A stretch of 64,000 nucleotides of DNA. Source: an uncultured Pseudomonadota bacterium. Lineage in GTDB: Bacteria; Myxococcota_A; Polyangia; Fen-1088. A model generated the notes under the pieces. It was not told the origin of the DNA and did no database searches. It worked only from the letters and a program-made list of their open reading frames with translations. This document shows, piece by piece, positions 28,491 through 40,634 of the stretch. Where the stretch lies: assembly GCA_963725905.1 (NCBI GenBank), contig CAVSAG010000001.1, positions 380,748 to 444,747 on the forward strand, read 5' to 3'. The position numbers and the translations under genes were made by a program. Numbering within the stretch: position 1 is the first letter of the stretch; every line of letters starts with the position of its first letter.

Positions 28491-29372
28491 CTAGAGGAGG
28501 CCGAGCTCTTTGAGCTGCGCCTGCAGCTTGTCGCGGTACTGCGCCGCCAGCGGGTAGAGCGGCGGCCGGATCTCCTCGGCGATCCGTCCCATCATCGCCA
28601 GCGCCGTCTTGACCGGGATCGGGTTGGCCTCGACGAACAGCCCCTCGCCGAGCGGCAAGAGCCGGTAGTGCAGCTCCCGCGCCTTCTTCCAGTCGCCGGC
28701 GGCCGCCGCGTCCCACATCGCGCTCATCTGCTTGGGAGCGACGTTGCTGACCACCGAGATGACCCCGCGCGCCCCGAGCGCGAACAGCGGGAACGCGGTG
28801 GCGTCGTCGCCGGAGAGCACCGCCACCTGGTCGTTCTTCGAGCCGAGCTGGGCCAAAACCTGAGACGCGCGCAGCGCCGAGCCGGTCGCCTCCTTGACGC
28901 CCACCACCTGGGGGAGCTGGGCGAGGCGCGCGATCGTCTCGGGGAGGAGATCGCAGGCCGTGCGGCCGGGGACGTTGTAGAGCACGCTCGGCAGCGGCGC
29001 CGCCTCGACGACCGTCTTGAAGTGGCGGTAGAGGTGCTCCTGCCCCGGCCGGTTGTAGTACGGGGTGACCAGCAAGAGACCGTCGGCGCCGACCTTCTTG
29101 GCGGCGACCGACATCTCGATCGTCTCGCGCGTCGAGTTGGAGCCGGTCCCAGCGATCACGGGGACGCGCTTCTTCGCCGCCTCGACCACCAGCTGGATGA
29201 CCCGCAGGTGCTCTTCGTTGGTGAGCGTGGGCGACTCGCCCGTCGTGCCGACGGGAACGAGGCCGTCGACGCCGCTGGCGATCTGCTCGTCGACGAGGCG
29301 GCGCAGCGCCTCCTCGTCGACCGCGTCGCCGCGCAGGGGCGTCACGAGCGCGGTGATGACTCCGGTGAACAT
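28491..29372 (-). CDS. dapA: 4-hydroxy-tetrahydrodipicolinate synthase
   Basis: GTTGES, TPYYN, LYNVPGRT, GVKEA, NPIPVK. Confidence 0.97.
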   Translation of the reverse strand: MFTGVITALVTPLRGDAVDEEALRRLVDEQIASGVDGLVPVGTTGESPTLTNEEHLRVIQLVVEAAKKRVPVIAGTGSNSTRETIEMSVAAKKVGADGLLLVTPYYNRPGQEHLYRHFKTVVEAAPLPSVLYNVPGRTACDLLPETIARLAQLPQVVGVKEATGSALRASQVLAQLGSKNDQVAVLSGDDATAFPLFALGARGVISVVSNVAPKQMSAMWDAAAAGDWKKARELHYRLLPLGEGLFVEANPIPVKTALAMMGRIAEEIRPPLYPLAAQYRDKLQAQLKELGLL

Positions 29373-29392
29373 GAACGCGTTTTATCACAGTC

Positions 29393-29462
29393 GGAGACCC
29401 CGGGAGGGTCCCCGAACCCCCCGCGATGGGCTCCGCCGAGCAAGCTCGGCTCCGCCCACGCG
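29393..29462. repeat. Two-hairpin palindromic (REP-like) intergenic element
   Basis: GACCC-cggga-GGGTC then TGGGC-tcc-GCCGAGC-aa-GCTCGGC-tcc-GCCCA. Confidence 0.7.
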
Positions 29463-29472
29463 ATCACACCTC

Positions 29473-29913
29473 TCAGGCGATTCGGTCGGGGAACCGGACC
29501 AGCGGGACGAAGCTGCCTCCGCTGAGGTGACCGGCGGCGGCGCGGACGCCGCAGATGTTCGGCACCGCGAAGCTGGTGCGCCCGTGCGCGGCGGAGAGGG
29601 GGAGCGTGCGGGGGTCGGTCTCGATCCCGTCGGGGCCGCGCCGCAGCAGCAACACCTGAAGGGTGGGACCGGCCACGTCCGGCGGCAGCCGCCATTCGAT
29701 CTCGACGTCCTCCGCGCGCGCGGTCACTCGTAGTCCGGGGACCTCGATGGGCGCGATGGCAGGATCGCGCGCCAGCTCGGAGATGCGCGTCTCGTAGCGC
29801 AGCCGGATGCCCGGCTCGTCGGCCACCTCGGCGAGGCGACGAAAGATCCCGATCGCCTGATCCGTGAGCCCCTGTCGAGCGCAGAGCTCCGCCATCGTCT
29901 CGGTGTCGAACAC
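29473..29913 (-). CDS. Hypothetical protein with N-terminal TPR-like motif
   Basis: TETMAELCARQGLTDQAIGIFRRL; lies in the ribF-dapA gene string. Confidence 0.7.
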   Translation of the reverse strand: MFDTETMAELCARQGLTDQAIGIFRRLAEVADEPGIRLRYETRISELARDPAIAPIEVPGLRVTARAEDVEIEWRLPPDVAGPTLQVLLLRRGPDGIETDPRTLPLSAAHGRTSFAVPNICGVRAAAGHLSGGSFVPLVRFPDRIA

Positions 29914-29915
29914 GA

Positions 29916-30870
29916 TCAGGACAGTAGCGTACGAACGCGGGCTACGTCTTCATGGATTTGCTGGACCAGCGCGTCGATCGTGTCGAATCGCTGCTCGTCA
30001 CGCAGGCGTTCCAGGATCTCGAGCCGCAGGCGACGGTCATAGAGGTCGGCGTCGAAGTCGAGCAGGTAGGCCTCGACGCTGACCGGCGCGTCGGGCCCGG
30101 TGAAGGTCGCGTTTCTTCCGATGCTGAGGGCGGCCGAGCGGACCGTGCCGGCCAGGGGGCCGTCGAGGATCCGGGCGCGCGCCGCGTAGATCCCCAGCTT
30201 CGGCAAAAGCTCCCCCTCGGAGACGACGTTCGCGGTGGGGAAGCCGAGCGTCCGCCCGCGCGCCGCGCCGCGTGCGACGCGCCCTTGCACTTCCACCGGC
30301 CGGCCGAGCAGGCGGGCGGCGGCGCCGACCTGGCCGGCCGCGCAGAGCTCCCGCACGCGCGTCGACGAGCAGGGGTGGCCGTCGATGCTGACCGGCGGAA
30401 TCACCGCCACCCCCAGCCCCAGCTCGCTGCCGAGCGCGCCCAGCCGGGCGACGTTGCCGGCGCGGCCGCGGCCGAAGCTGAAGTCGTAGCCGACCACCAG
30501 ATCGCCGGCGGCAAGATCCTGCGCCAGGACCCGGCGAACGAATTCGTCGGCTTCGATGGCCGCGAAGGCCCGGGTGAAGGGCTCGACCACCGCGACGTCG
30601 ATTCCCGCCTCGGCGAGAAGCGCCAACCGGCGGTCGAGCGACATGATGAGCGGCGGCGCCTTCTGCGGGGCGAACAGTCGGGCCGGGTGGGGCGCGAAGG
30701 TCAGCACGGCCGACGGTCCGCCCCGGCGGGCGGCGCGCGCCCGTGCCTCGGCCAGCAGCGCCTGGTGCCCGAGGTGCACGCCGTCGAAGTTGCCGATCGC
30801 CACCGCCAGCGGGTGGAGCGTCGGGCGCCCGGGCGGCGGCGAAGGCGGCGGAGCCAGGGTAGATCTTCAC
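29916..30870 (-). CDS. ribF: Bifunctional riboflavin kinase/FAD synthetase (frameshift near 30810)
   Basis: IGNFDGVHLGHQ, VGYDFSFG, SSTRVR, GRTLGFPTAN, RLRDEQRF; N-terminus VKIYPG in adjacent frame. Confidence 0.95.
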
Positions 30871-31260
30871 GCCCCCCCGCCGGCGCGCGGAGCCAGCATC
30901 GCGCTCACCAGGTCGATGAGCGCCTCGAGCTCGAACGGCTTCTCCAGGATCTGTCCGTGCGTCACGCCGAGCGCGGCGCGGCGGTTGCGGGGCACCCCGG
31001 TCATGAGCGCGAGGGGCGTGTCCGGGAAGATGGCGCCGAGCTCGGCCGGGAGGCGCTCCGGGCCGCCGGAGCCCGCCACCATCAGATCGCTCAGCACGGC
31101 CGCGGGCCGGTTTCCCGGCGCCGCTCCAGTCGCGCGCGGCGCGCACGTCACGTACCAGCGCCGGCGCGTGGCCGGCCTCGCGCAGCACCTCGGCCACCAG
31201 GCCCGCGATGTGCGCATCGTCTTCGATGATCAGAATGACAGCGGCGGTCATCTTCTCCAC
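30867..31260 (-). CDS. Stand-alone response-regulator receiver protein (frameshifted)
   Basis: ILIIEDD in one frame; PAAVLSDL..LMTG..LEKPF in another. Confidence 0.8.
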
Positions 31261-31280
31261 GCGTTCGCGTCCGGTTGTGA

Positions 31281-33101
<1,821 letters not shown>

Positions 33102-33171
33102 ATAATCTGCCTTAATTCCAGGCGGTTACTTGCTCGACGCACCGCCGGGCGTGGCTGTGCGTGCGGGTGTG

Positions 33172-33187
33172 TGCAATTCGTGTACCA
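33172..33187 (-). promoter_or_regulatory. Sigma54 -24/-12 site, antisense, upstream of rpoN
   Basis: TGGTAC-ACGAA-TTGCA on minus strand. Confidence 0.65.
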
Positions 33188-33196
33188 CAAGTGCCA

Positions 33197-33224
33197 TTGA
33201 CGCTTGTCGGTCGCGACCTATAGG
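33197..33224 (+). promoter_or_regulatory. Putative sigma70-type promoter of rpoN
   Basis: TTGACG-16 nt-TATAGG. Confidence 0.5.
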
Positions 33225-33247
33225 TGTAAAAACAAATCGAGACCTGC

Positions 33248-34744
33248 ATGGCGATCGAGATCAAGCAGCACCTCAAGCTTCAGCAGCAGCTGGTGATGAC
33301 TCCCCAGCTGCAGCAGGCGATCAAGCTGCTTCAGCTCTCCCGGATGGAGCTGGCCGACACGATCCGCGACGAGATGCTCGAGAACCCGATCCTCGAGGAC
33401 GCCGTCGACACCGCGAGCGAGGAGCCGAAGACCGCCGAGGCGGCCGAGGGCGAGCGCCCGGACGTCGAGCACGTCGGCGAGACCGAGACGCCGGTCGTCG
33501 AGATCCGCGAGGACAAGATCGACACCACCGCCGAGGTCAAGGCCGACAGCAACTCCAACGACGCGGTCAACGACTTCGACTGGGAGGGGTACCTCGACAA
33601 CCAGGCGGCTGCCGCGCCGATGCCGTCGTACAAGTCGAACAACGAGGATCTGCCGTCGCTCGAGTCGACGCTGACCCGCGGGACCTCGCTGTTCGATCAC
33701 CTCGCGTGGCAGCTGAAGCTCTCGCCGTTCTCGCCACGAGCAGGACGAGATCGGGATGCCGATCATCGGCAACCTGACCCCGGACGGCTACCTCAAGGAC
33801 CCGCTCGACGGAGCTGGCCGAGGAGGCGAGCGTCAGCCTGGAGGTCGCCGAGTCGGTGCTGAAGAAGGTCCAGGAGTTCGATCCGATCGGCGTCGGCGCG
33901 CGCTCGCTCGCCGAGTGCCTGCTGATCCAGGCTCGCCACATCGGCGCCGACGACGACCTGGTGGTCGAGATCATCAAGAGGCACCTCGCGAACCTCGAGA
34001 AGAAGAACTACCAGGCGATCGCCCGCGACCTGGGGCAGCCGCTCGAGGAGATCTACGAGGCGGCCAAGGTGATCAAGGAGTTCGACCCCAAGCCGGGGCG
34101 GCAGTACACCTCCGACGAGCCGAACTACATCACGCCCGACGTCTACGTCCACAAGGTCGGCGACAAGTACTTCGTCGTCGCCAACGACGACGGCCTGCCG
34201 AAGCTGAAGATCTCCGACTTCTACCGGAGCGCGCTCACCGGCGGGCCCAAGGCGCGCGACTACATCCAGGACAAGCTGCGCACCGCGCAGTGGCTGATCC
34301 GCTCGATCCAGCAGCGCCAGCGGACGATCATCAGGGTCACCGAGTCGATCCTGAAGTTCCAGCGCGAGTTCTTCGACAAGGGGATCGCGCACTTGAAGCC
34401 GCTGATCCTGCGCGACGTGGCCGAGGACATCGGGATGCACGAGTCGACGGTGTCGCGCGTGACGACCAACAAGTACGTCCACACGCCGCAGGGCATCTAC
34501 GAGCTGAAGTTCTTCTTCAACTCGGGCATCTCGCGCACCGACGGCGAGGACCTCGCGTCGGAGGCCGTCAAGCCGAAGATCAAGCAGATCATCGGCTCGG
34601 AGAGTCCGAAGAACCCGCACTCCGACCAGCAGATCGTCGAGCTGCTCAAGGACCAGAACATCGACATCGCGCGCCGCACGGTCGCCAAGTACCGCGAGCA
34701 GCTGCGGCATCCTCTCCAGCTCGAAGCGCCGCCAGGTTTTCTGA
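33248..34744 (+). CDS. rpoN: RNA polymerase sigma-54 factor (several frameshifts)
   Basis: QQLVMTPQLQQAIKLLQL, DPIGVGARSLAECL, MHESTVSRVT, RpoN box ARRTVAKYRE. Confidence 0.97.
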
Positions 34745-35041
34745 GTTTTACGGCGGCCGGCTCGCTGCCGCTCGCGCTCCGCTCCAGTCCCCCTCGCTCC
34801 GCGCGGCGAAGCCGCGCTGCGCTCGCCGGCGCGGCCCGGCGTCCGGTCGAGGTGAGCGCGCGAGCCGCAGATGGCGGAGCCGAGGTGCGGGATAGGCGTC
34901 GGTGCGGGATTGAGGATCTGCCGGCCGTGCCATCCGGGGGGTGCGCGGAGTCGCGCGAGAGCGATGCTGAGCGACTTAGATTCAATTCCTGTTGCTCGAC
35001 GGTAAAATGGGGTAAAACGCCTCGCGGAACAGGAGCGCCGG

Positions 35042-35673
35042 ATGCAGCTCTCGACCACGTTTCGTCACATGGATGGTTCGCAGGCCGTGCGGGAGTACAC
35101 GGCCGAGCAGGCTCGACAAGATCAAGAAGTACTTCCACAAGGGGCCCATCTCGGCGCACGCGACCTTTTCGGTCGAACGCGGGTTCAACCACTGCGTCGA
35201 CCTCTCCATCACGCTCCCCAACGGGATTGCCATCAACGCCAAGGAGACGACCGAGGACATGTACTCCTCGATCGATCTGGCGGCGGCGCGGATCGAGCGC
35301 CAGGTGCGCAAGTGGAAAGAGAAGATCCGCGATCACAAGCCCCACGGCGGCCCCGACCGGGACCGTCCGCGAGCTGGTGATCCCGGCCGAGGAGATCGAA
35401 CCCCGCTCCTCGCCTTCCGAGGCGTCGGCTCCAGCTGCCGCCGCTGTCCCGACGGGGGGCTACCGGATCATTAAAGATGAACGCGTGACCGCCCGATCCA
35501 TGACGGTCGAGGACGCGGTCATGCAGATGAACCTCTTGGGGGACGAGCACCTGATCTTCACCGACGCGGCGACCGGCACGACCTCGGTGCTCTACCGACG
35601 GCGCGACGGGAACTACGGTCTCATCGCGACGGCGCCGGCGACCCCGACACCCGGGGGCAAGGCCAAGCGCTGA
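35042..35673 (+). CDS. hpf: Ribosome hibernation promoting factor, long form (frameshifted)
   Basis: TFRHMDGSQAVREY; DMYSSIDLAAARIERQVRKWKEK; MTVEDAVMQMNL..VLYRRRDGNYGLI. Confidence 0.9.
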
Positions 35674-35695
35674 TCGGGCGGGCCGCCAGCGAGCC

Positions 35696-36157
35696 ATGCG
35701 AGTCATCGACTTTCTCCAGCCCGATTGCATCGTGGCTCGCCTGGAGGCGACCACCAAGGCGGCGGTGCTGGCGGAGCTGTCGGCGCACCTCGCGAAGGTG
35801 ATTCCGGGCGTCGAGGCGGGCGCGTTGCGACACGTCCTCGAGGAGCGGGAGTTGCTCGCCTCGACGGCCATTGGCGACGGCATTGCCATCCCGCACGGAA
35901 AGCTCGACTCGGTCGGGCACCTGGTCGGCGCGCTCGGCCGCGCCGTCGAGGGGATCGAGTTCGAGTCGATCGACGGCAAGCCGACCCACCTGGTCTTCAT
36001 GCTCGTCGCACCGGCCAGCTCGACGGGTGTCCACCTGAAGGCCCTGGCGCGCCTCTCGCGCCTGTTTCGTGACGCCGACTTCCGGCAGCGCCTGCTCGCC
36101 GCCCCGTCCGCCGAGGCGATGTACCAGGTCATCTCCGAAGAAGACGCCAAGTACTGA
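35696..36157 (+). CDS. ptsN: PTS EIIA-Ntr
   Basis: ERELLASTAIGDGIAIPHG..HLKALARLSRL. Confidence 0.92.
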   Translation: MRVIDFLQPDCIVARLEATTKAAVLAELSAHLAKVIPGVEAGALRHVLEERELLASTAIGDGIAIPHGKLDSVGHLVGALGRAVEGIEFESIDGKPTHLVFMLVAPASSTGVHLKALARLSRLFRDADFRQRLLAAPSAEAMYQVISEEDAKY

Positions 36158-36161
36158 GCGC

Positions 36162-36180
36162 GGGGGGACTTCGTCCCCCC
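36162..36180. terminator. GC-rich hairpin (terminator or REP-like)
   Basis: GGGGGGAC-ttc-GTCCCCCC after ptsN stop; no U-tract. Confidence 0.45.
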
Positions 36181-36225
36181 CACGGGCCCTTCGCGCGGCA
36201 GCGACGAGCGGCGTATTATGCGGGC

Positions 36226-37188
36226 GTGACGCCGGCGCTCACCGTCCGTTCGCTGCTCGACGAGGGGGCGGGGCTCCGTCTGACGCTGGTGGCGGGGGAG
36301 GCCGGCCTGGGGCGCCAGATCACCATTCACCGCATCCAGAAGCCGGGGCTGGCGCTGGCGGGCTACGTCCTGCAGGTCCACCCGGAGCGCGTGCAGGTGC
36401 TGGGGGCGACCGAGATCTCCTACCTCGAGACGCTGGGCGACGAGGCGGCGCGCAAGTCGGTCCAGGCGTTCTTCAGCCTCAACCCGGCCTGCGTGGTGGT
36501 GACCAAGGGGTTGGAGGCGAACGCGCTCCTGCGCGAGACGGCCGACCGGCTGGGCGTCCCGCTGCTGCGCACGCCGCTCGTCTCGTCGGTGGCGATCGAC
36601 CAGATTCAGAAGTACCTGGAGCTGCAGCTGGCGCCGACGGCCAGCATCCACGCCGTCTTGATGGACGTGCTCGGAATCGGCGTGCTGCTGCTCGGCAAGA
36701 GCGGGATCGGAAAGTCGGAGGCGGCGCTCGATCTCATCATGCGCGGCCACCGGCTGGTGGCCGACGATCTGGTCGAGGTGCGCCGCACCTCCGGCCAGCT
36801 GCTGGTCGGCTGGGCCTCGGAGCTCATCAAGCACCACATGGAGGTGCGCGGCCTCGGGATCATCAACATCAAGGACATGTTCGGCGTGGCCGCCGTGCGC
36901 GACGAGAAGCGGATCGAGCTGGTGCTGGAGCTGATTCGCTGGGACCAGACCGAGACGCATGACCGCCTGGGGCTGGACGAGATGGTCTACCCGATCCTCG
37001 AGGTGCAGGTGCCGCTCTTGCGCATTCCGGTCAGCCCGGGGCGCAACGTCAGCTCGCTCATCGAGGTCGCCGCGCGGAACCGACTCCTGCAGGTCCGCGG
37101 GCACCACTCGGCGCGCGAGTTTCAGGAGCGCCTCGACCGCGCCCTGGCGGACGCGCGCGAGCGCCGCTGGCGAGACGACGTCGAATGA
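36226..37188 (+). CDS. hprK: HPr(Ser) kinase/phosphorylase
   Basis: GKSGIGKSE, GHRLVADD, MEVRGLGIINI, PVSPGRN. Confidence 0.97.
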   Translation: MTPALTVRSLLDEGAGLRLTLVAGEAGLGRQITIHRIQKPGLALAGYVLQVHPERVQVLGATEISYLETLGDEAARKSVQAFFSLNPACVVVTKGLEANALLRETADRLGVPLLRTPLVSSVAIDQIQKYLELQLAPTASIHAVLMDVLGIGVLLLGKSGIGKSEAALDLIMRGHRLVADDLVEVRRTSGQLLVGWASELIKHHMEVRGLGIINIKDMFGVAAVRDEKRIELVLELIRWDQTETHDRLGLDEMVYPILEVQVPLLRIPVSPGRNVSSLIEVAARNRLLQVRGHHSAREFQERLDRALADARERRWRDDVE

Positions 37189-38036
37189 GGCTGGTGGTGG
37201 TGACCGGCGTGTCCGGCGCCGGGAAGTCGACGGCCCTGCGGGCGCTCGAGGACCTGGGCTTCTACGCCGTCGACAACCTGCCGCTGCCGCTCGTGCCGCA
37301 GTTCATCGAGCTCTTCACCAGTCGGACCGACATCGATCGGGCGACGCTGGGCCTCGATGCGCGCGGCGGGACTTTTCTCGCCGGCGCCTCCTCCGTGTTC
37401 GCGCACCTGCGGCACGCGGGGCACACGGTGGAGGTGCTTTTCCTCGACGCCTCCGATGAGATCCTGATCCGGCGCTTCTCGGAGACGCGCCGTCGGCACC
37501 CGCTCTCGGACACCGACATCCGCGCCGGCATCGCCGCCGAGCGGCAGGCGCTGGCCGATCTGCGGCGCGAGACCGACGCGCTGGTCGACACCGGTGCGCT
37601 CACGGTGCATGTCTTGCGGGCGCTCATCCAGGAGCGCTACGGACGCACCGAGGGCGATCTGTCGGTCACGCTGCTTTCGTTCGGGTTCAAGCACGGCATT
37701 CCGGCCGAGGCGGACATCGTGCTGGACGTCCGGTTCCTGCCCAACCCGTTCTTCGAGCCGGCGCTCTCGGCCCTGTCGGGCGAGGACGAGGCGGTGGCGC
37801 GCTTCGTGCTGGAAGACGGGGCGGCGAAGACCTACGTCGACGAGGCGGAGAAGTTCCTTCGGCTCTCGGTCGAGGGGTTCCTGCGCGAGGGAAAGTCCTA
37901 CGCCACCGTCGGCATCGGCTGCACGGGTGGGCGCCACCGATCGGTGACGATCGCCAAGGAGCTGGCCCGCCGCCTGGCGGGGTCGTTTTCAATCTCCGTC
38001 CGGCACCGCGACATCCAGCGCGGCAGCCCGGCCTGA
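37185..38036 (+). CDS. rapZ: RNase adapter RapZ/YvcJ P-loop protein
   Basis: TGVSGAGKS, VDNLP, RRFSETRRRHPL, SFGFKHG, DVRFLPNP, GCTGGRHRSV. Confidence 0.97.
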   Translation: MRLVVVTGVSGAGKSTALRALEDLGFYAVDNLPLPLVPQFIELFTSRTDIDRATLGLDARGGTFLAGASSVFAHLRHAGHTVEVLFLDASDEILIRRFSETRRRHPLSDTDIRAGIAAERQALADLRRETDALVDTGALTVHVLRALIQERYGRTEGDLSVTLLSFGFKHGIPAEADIVLDVRFLPNPFFEPALSALSGEDEAVARFVLEDGAAKTYVDEAEKFLRLSVEGFLREGKSYATVGIGCTGGRHRSVTIAKELARRLAGSFSISVRHRDIQRGSPA

Positions 38037-38090
38037 AACGCAGCCAGTCCGGCCTGGAAGGCAGCGCGGAATGGTACACTCAGGGATCCG

Positions 38091-38582
38091 ATGGCCCCCG
38101 CGCAAGACAAAGAGCCCCTGGTGGGGCTCGTCATCGTCACCCACGGTGGCAGCGGCGAGTGCCTGCTCGCCGCCGCCGAGGGGTTGGTCGGCCCGCTTGC
38201 GGCGGCCGCGACGGTCTCGGTCGCGCTCAACGATCCGTTCGAAGAGATCGTCCGCCGGGTGGGACAGGCTTGCGACGCGGTTGACGCCGGCGCCGGGCTC
38301 CTCATCTTGGCCGATGTGCACGGGTCGTCGCCCTTCCGCGCCTGCCTCTCGATGCTCGACGGCACCCGGCCGGTCGAGATCGTGTGCGGTATCAATCTAC
38401 CGATGCTGATCAAGCTCGCCACCGTCGACCGCCGCGGGCAGCGGCCGGTAGAGGTGGCGGAAATCATCAAAGAGGTGGGCAAGCAATCGATCCGGCTCGG
38501 CTCCGAGCTGACCGGAAAGCTCGGCATGCCCGGGAAGAGCGCCACTAGACGATGTCACGGGCAGAACGCGACGTGCAGGTGA
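38091..38582 (+). CDS. PTS mannose/fructose-type EIIA domain protein
   Basis: VGLVIVTHG, LILADVHGSSP, GINLPML; 3' end uncertain. Confidence 0.88.
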   Translation: MAPAQDKEPLVGLVIVTHGGSGECLLAAAEGLVGPLAAAATVSVALNDPFEEIVRRVGQACDAVDAGAGLLILADVHGSSPFRACLSMLDGTRPVEIVCGINLPMLIKLATVDRRGQRPVEVAEIIKEVGKQSIRLGSELTGKLGMPGKSATRRCHGQNATCR

Positions 38583-38833
38583 GAAATCGGTTGGGGATGC
38601 ACGCTCGGGCCGCGGTGCGGTTCGTGCAGAGTGCCAACGGCTTCAAGAGCGAGGTCAAGGTCATCAAGGACGGGACCGAAGCCAACGGCAAGAGCATCAT
38701 GGGGCTGCTCACCTTGGTGGCCGCCCATGGGGTGACGATGAAGGTGGTGTGTGAGGGGGACGACGCCGAGGTGGCGGTCGCCGCGCTCGCCTCTCTCGTC
38801 GACAGTGGGTTCGGCGAAGGGGTCGATCCTTGA
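38552..38833 (+). CDS. ptsH: Phosphocarrier protein HPr
   Basis: NRLGMHARAA (His15), NGKSIMGLL (Ser46). Confidence 0.95.
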   Translation: MSRAERDVQVRNRLGMHARAAVRFVQSANGFKSEVKVIKDGTEANGKSIMGLLTLVAAHGVTMKVVCEGDDAEVAVAALASLVDSGFGEGVDP

Positions 38834-38861
38834 GGGAGTTTGCCTTGAGGGAGCTGCCCTG

Positions 38862-40634
38862 ATGGAGCGGCTGGTCGGGGTCGGCGCGTCGCCTGGCATC
38901 GCCATCGGCGTCGCGCACGTCCTCGCCAGCCGCGTCGACATCCACGAACGGCGCATCGCCGCCGAGCAGGTCGAGGCGGAGATCGCCCGCTTCGAGAAGG
39001 CGCTCGGCGACACCGACGACCAGCTCGCCCGGATCCAGGCCCAGCTGGCCGCGAGCGAGGGGGACGACCACCAGTACCGCATCCTGGAGGCCCACCGGCT
39101 GATGCTGTCGGACGTCCACCTGGTCGAGCGCGCCCGCCGCATCATTCGCGAGGAGAAGACGGCGGCCGAGTGGGCGGTGCGCAAATCCCTGGACCAGATC
39201 CAGGCGGTGTTCGAGAAGATCGAGGACCCCTACTTCCGCGACCGCAAGAGCGACGTCGCGCTGGTGGGCGAGCGCCTCCTGCGCACGCTGGTCGGGCGGC
39301 GCGAGACCGCCACCGCCGAGGACGCGCCCAAGGGAAGCATCGCGGTGGCGCACGAGCTGTCGCCGGCGGATGCCGCGCAGCTGGGGCGCGCCGAGGCGGC
39401 CGGGTTCTGCACCGAGGGGGGCGGGCGGACCTCCCACACGGCGATCGTCGCGCGGGCCCTGGGCCTCCCCTACGTCGTCGGCGTCGAGGGGCTGGGGCAT
39501 CGGGTCTGGTCGGGGATGACGGTGGTGATCGACGGCTTCCGGGGCGAGGTGATCCTCGATCCCGACGCCGAAGCGCTGCGCCGCTACGAGGCGCGCGCCG
39601 ACGTGCACCGCGCCCGCTCCCAGCGGCTGGCCGCCATCCGCGACGTCGCCTCGCAGACCACCGACGGCACGGTGGTGCACCTGCACGCCAACGTCGAGAT
39701 GCTGGAGGAGATCCCGATCGCCGTCGATCTGGGCGCCGAGTCGGTGGGGTTGTTTCGCACCGAGTTCCTCTACCTCGAGCGCAACGAGCTCCCCTCGGAG
39801 GACGAGCAGTACGCGCACGCCGTGGCGGCGCTCAAGAACGTCGGGGGGCGGCCGATCACCTTCCGGACGCTCGATCTCGGGGGCGACAAGCTGCCGCCGT
39901 CGGTGCGCATCCCGCTCGGGACCAACCCGGCCATGGGCCTGCGTTCGATCCGCTACTCGCTCAAGCGCGTCGACGTCTTCCGGACGCAGCTGCGCGCGCT
40001 CCACCGCGCGGCGGCCGTCGGGCCGATGCAGATCCTGCTGCCGCTCATCTCGGGCGTCGCCGAGCTGCGCGCGACGAAGCAGCTCTGTCTCGAAACTGTC
40101 GAAGATCTGCGGCGAGAGGGGATCCCCCACGTCGCCAAGGTCCCGCTCGGCGTCATGATCGAGACGCCGAGCGCGGCGCTCATCGCCGATCTCCTGGCGG
40201 CCGAGTGCGACTTTCTCAGCATCGGCACCAACGATCTCATTCAGTACACGCTGGCCGCCGACCGCGAGGACGAGCACGTCGGGTACCTCTACCACCCGCT
40301 GCACCCGGCGATCCTGCGCGCCGTCCGCCAGACGGTCGTCGGCGCCGAACGCATGGGGAAACCGGTGGCCATGTGCGGCGACATGGCGGGCGATCCGATC
40401 CTGGCCTGGGTGCTCATGGGCCTCGGGCTGCGTAACCTGTCGATGGCGCCCCGGCAGATCCCGGTCGTCAAGTCGATCATCCGCTCGACGCAGATTGCCG
40501 ACGCCGAGCGCCTCCTGGCGCAGGCGCTGACCATGTCGACCGAGACCGAGATCGAGGAGCTGGTCTACGGCGCGATGAACCGCCGCTTCCCACTCGAGCT
40601 CACCGACGGCGAAGAGGACCGACCGGCCGGGTGA
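38862..40634 (+). CDS. ptsI: PEP-protein phosphotransferase (enzyme I, no GAF domain)
   Basis: GGRTSHTAI, GLFRTEF, RTLDLGGDK, MIETP, SIGTNDLIQY, MCGDMAGD. Confidence 0.96.
   Translation: MERLVGVGASPGIAIGVAHVLASRVDIHERRIAAEQVEAEIARFEKALGDTDDQLARIQAQLAASEGDDHQYRILEAHRLMLSDVHLVERARRIIREEKTAAEWAVRKSLDQIQAVFEKIEDPYFRDRKSDVALVGERLLRTLVGRRETATAEDAPKGSIAVAHELSPADAAQLGRAEAAGFCTEGGGRTSHTAIVARALGLPYVVGVEGLGHRVWSGMTVVIDGFRGEVILDPDAEALRRYEARADVHRARSQRLAAIRDVASQTTDGTVVHLHANVEMLEEIPIAVDLGAESVGLFRTEFLYLERNELPSEDEQYAHAVAALKNVGGRPITFRTLDLGGDKLPPSVRIPLGTNPAMGLRSIRYSLKRVDVFRTQLRALHRAAAVGPMQILLPLISGVAELRATKQLCLETVEDLRREGIPHVAKVPLGVMIETPSAALIADLLAAECDFLSIGTNDLIQYTLAADREDEHVGYLYHPLHPAILRAVRQTVVGAERMGKPVAMCGDMAGDPILAWVLMGLGLRNLSMAPRQIPVVKSIIRSTQIADAERLLAQALTMSTETEIEELVYGAMNRRFPLELTDGEEDRPAG

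Noticed and set aside
38024-38853. Short imperfect direct repeats (about 21 bp at the rapZ stop; CCTTGAGGGAG twice at the ptsH stop; similarly AGGCGACGCCTA twice near 17667)
   Set aside because: Two-copy duplications spanning or near stop codons; likely slippage scars with no evidence of function
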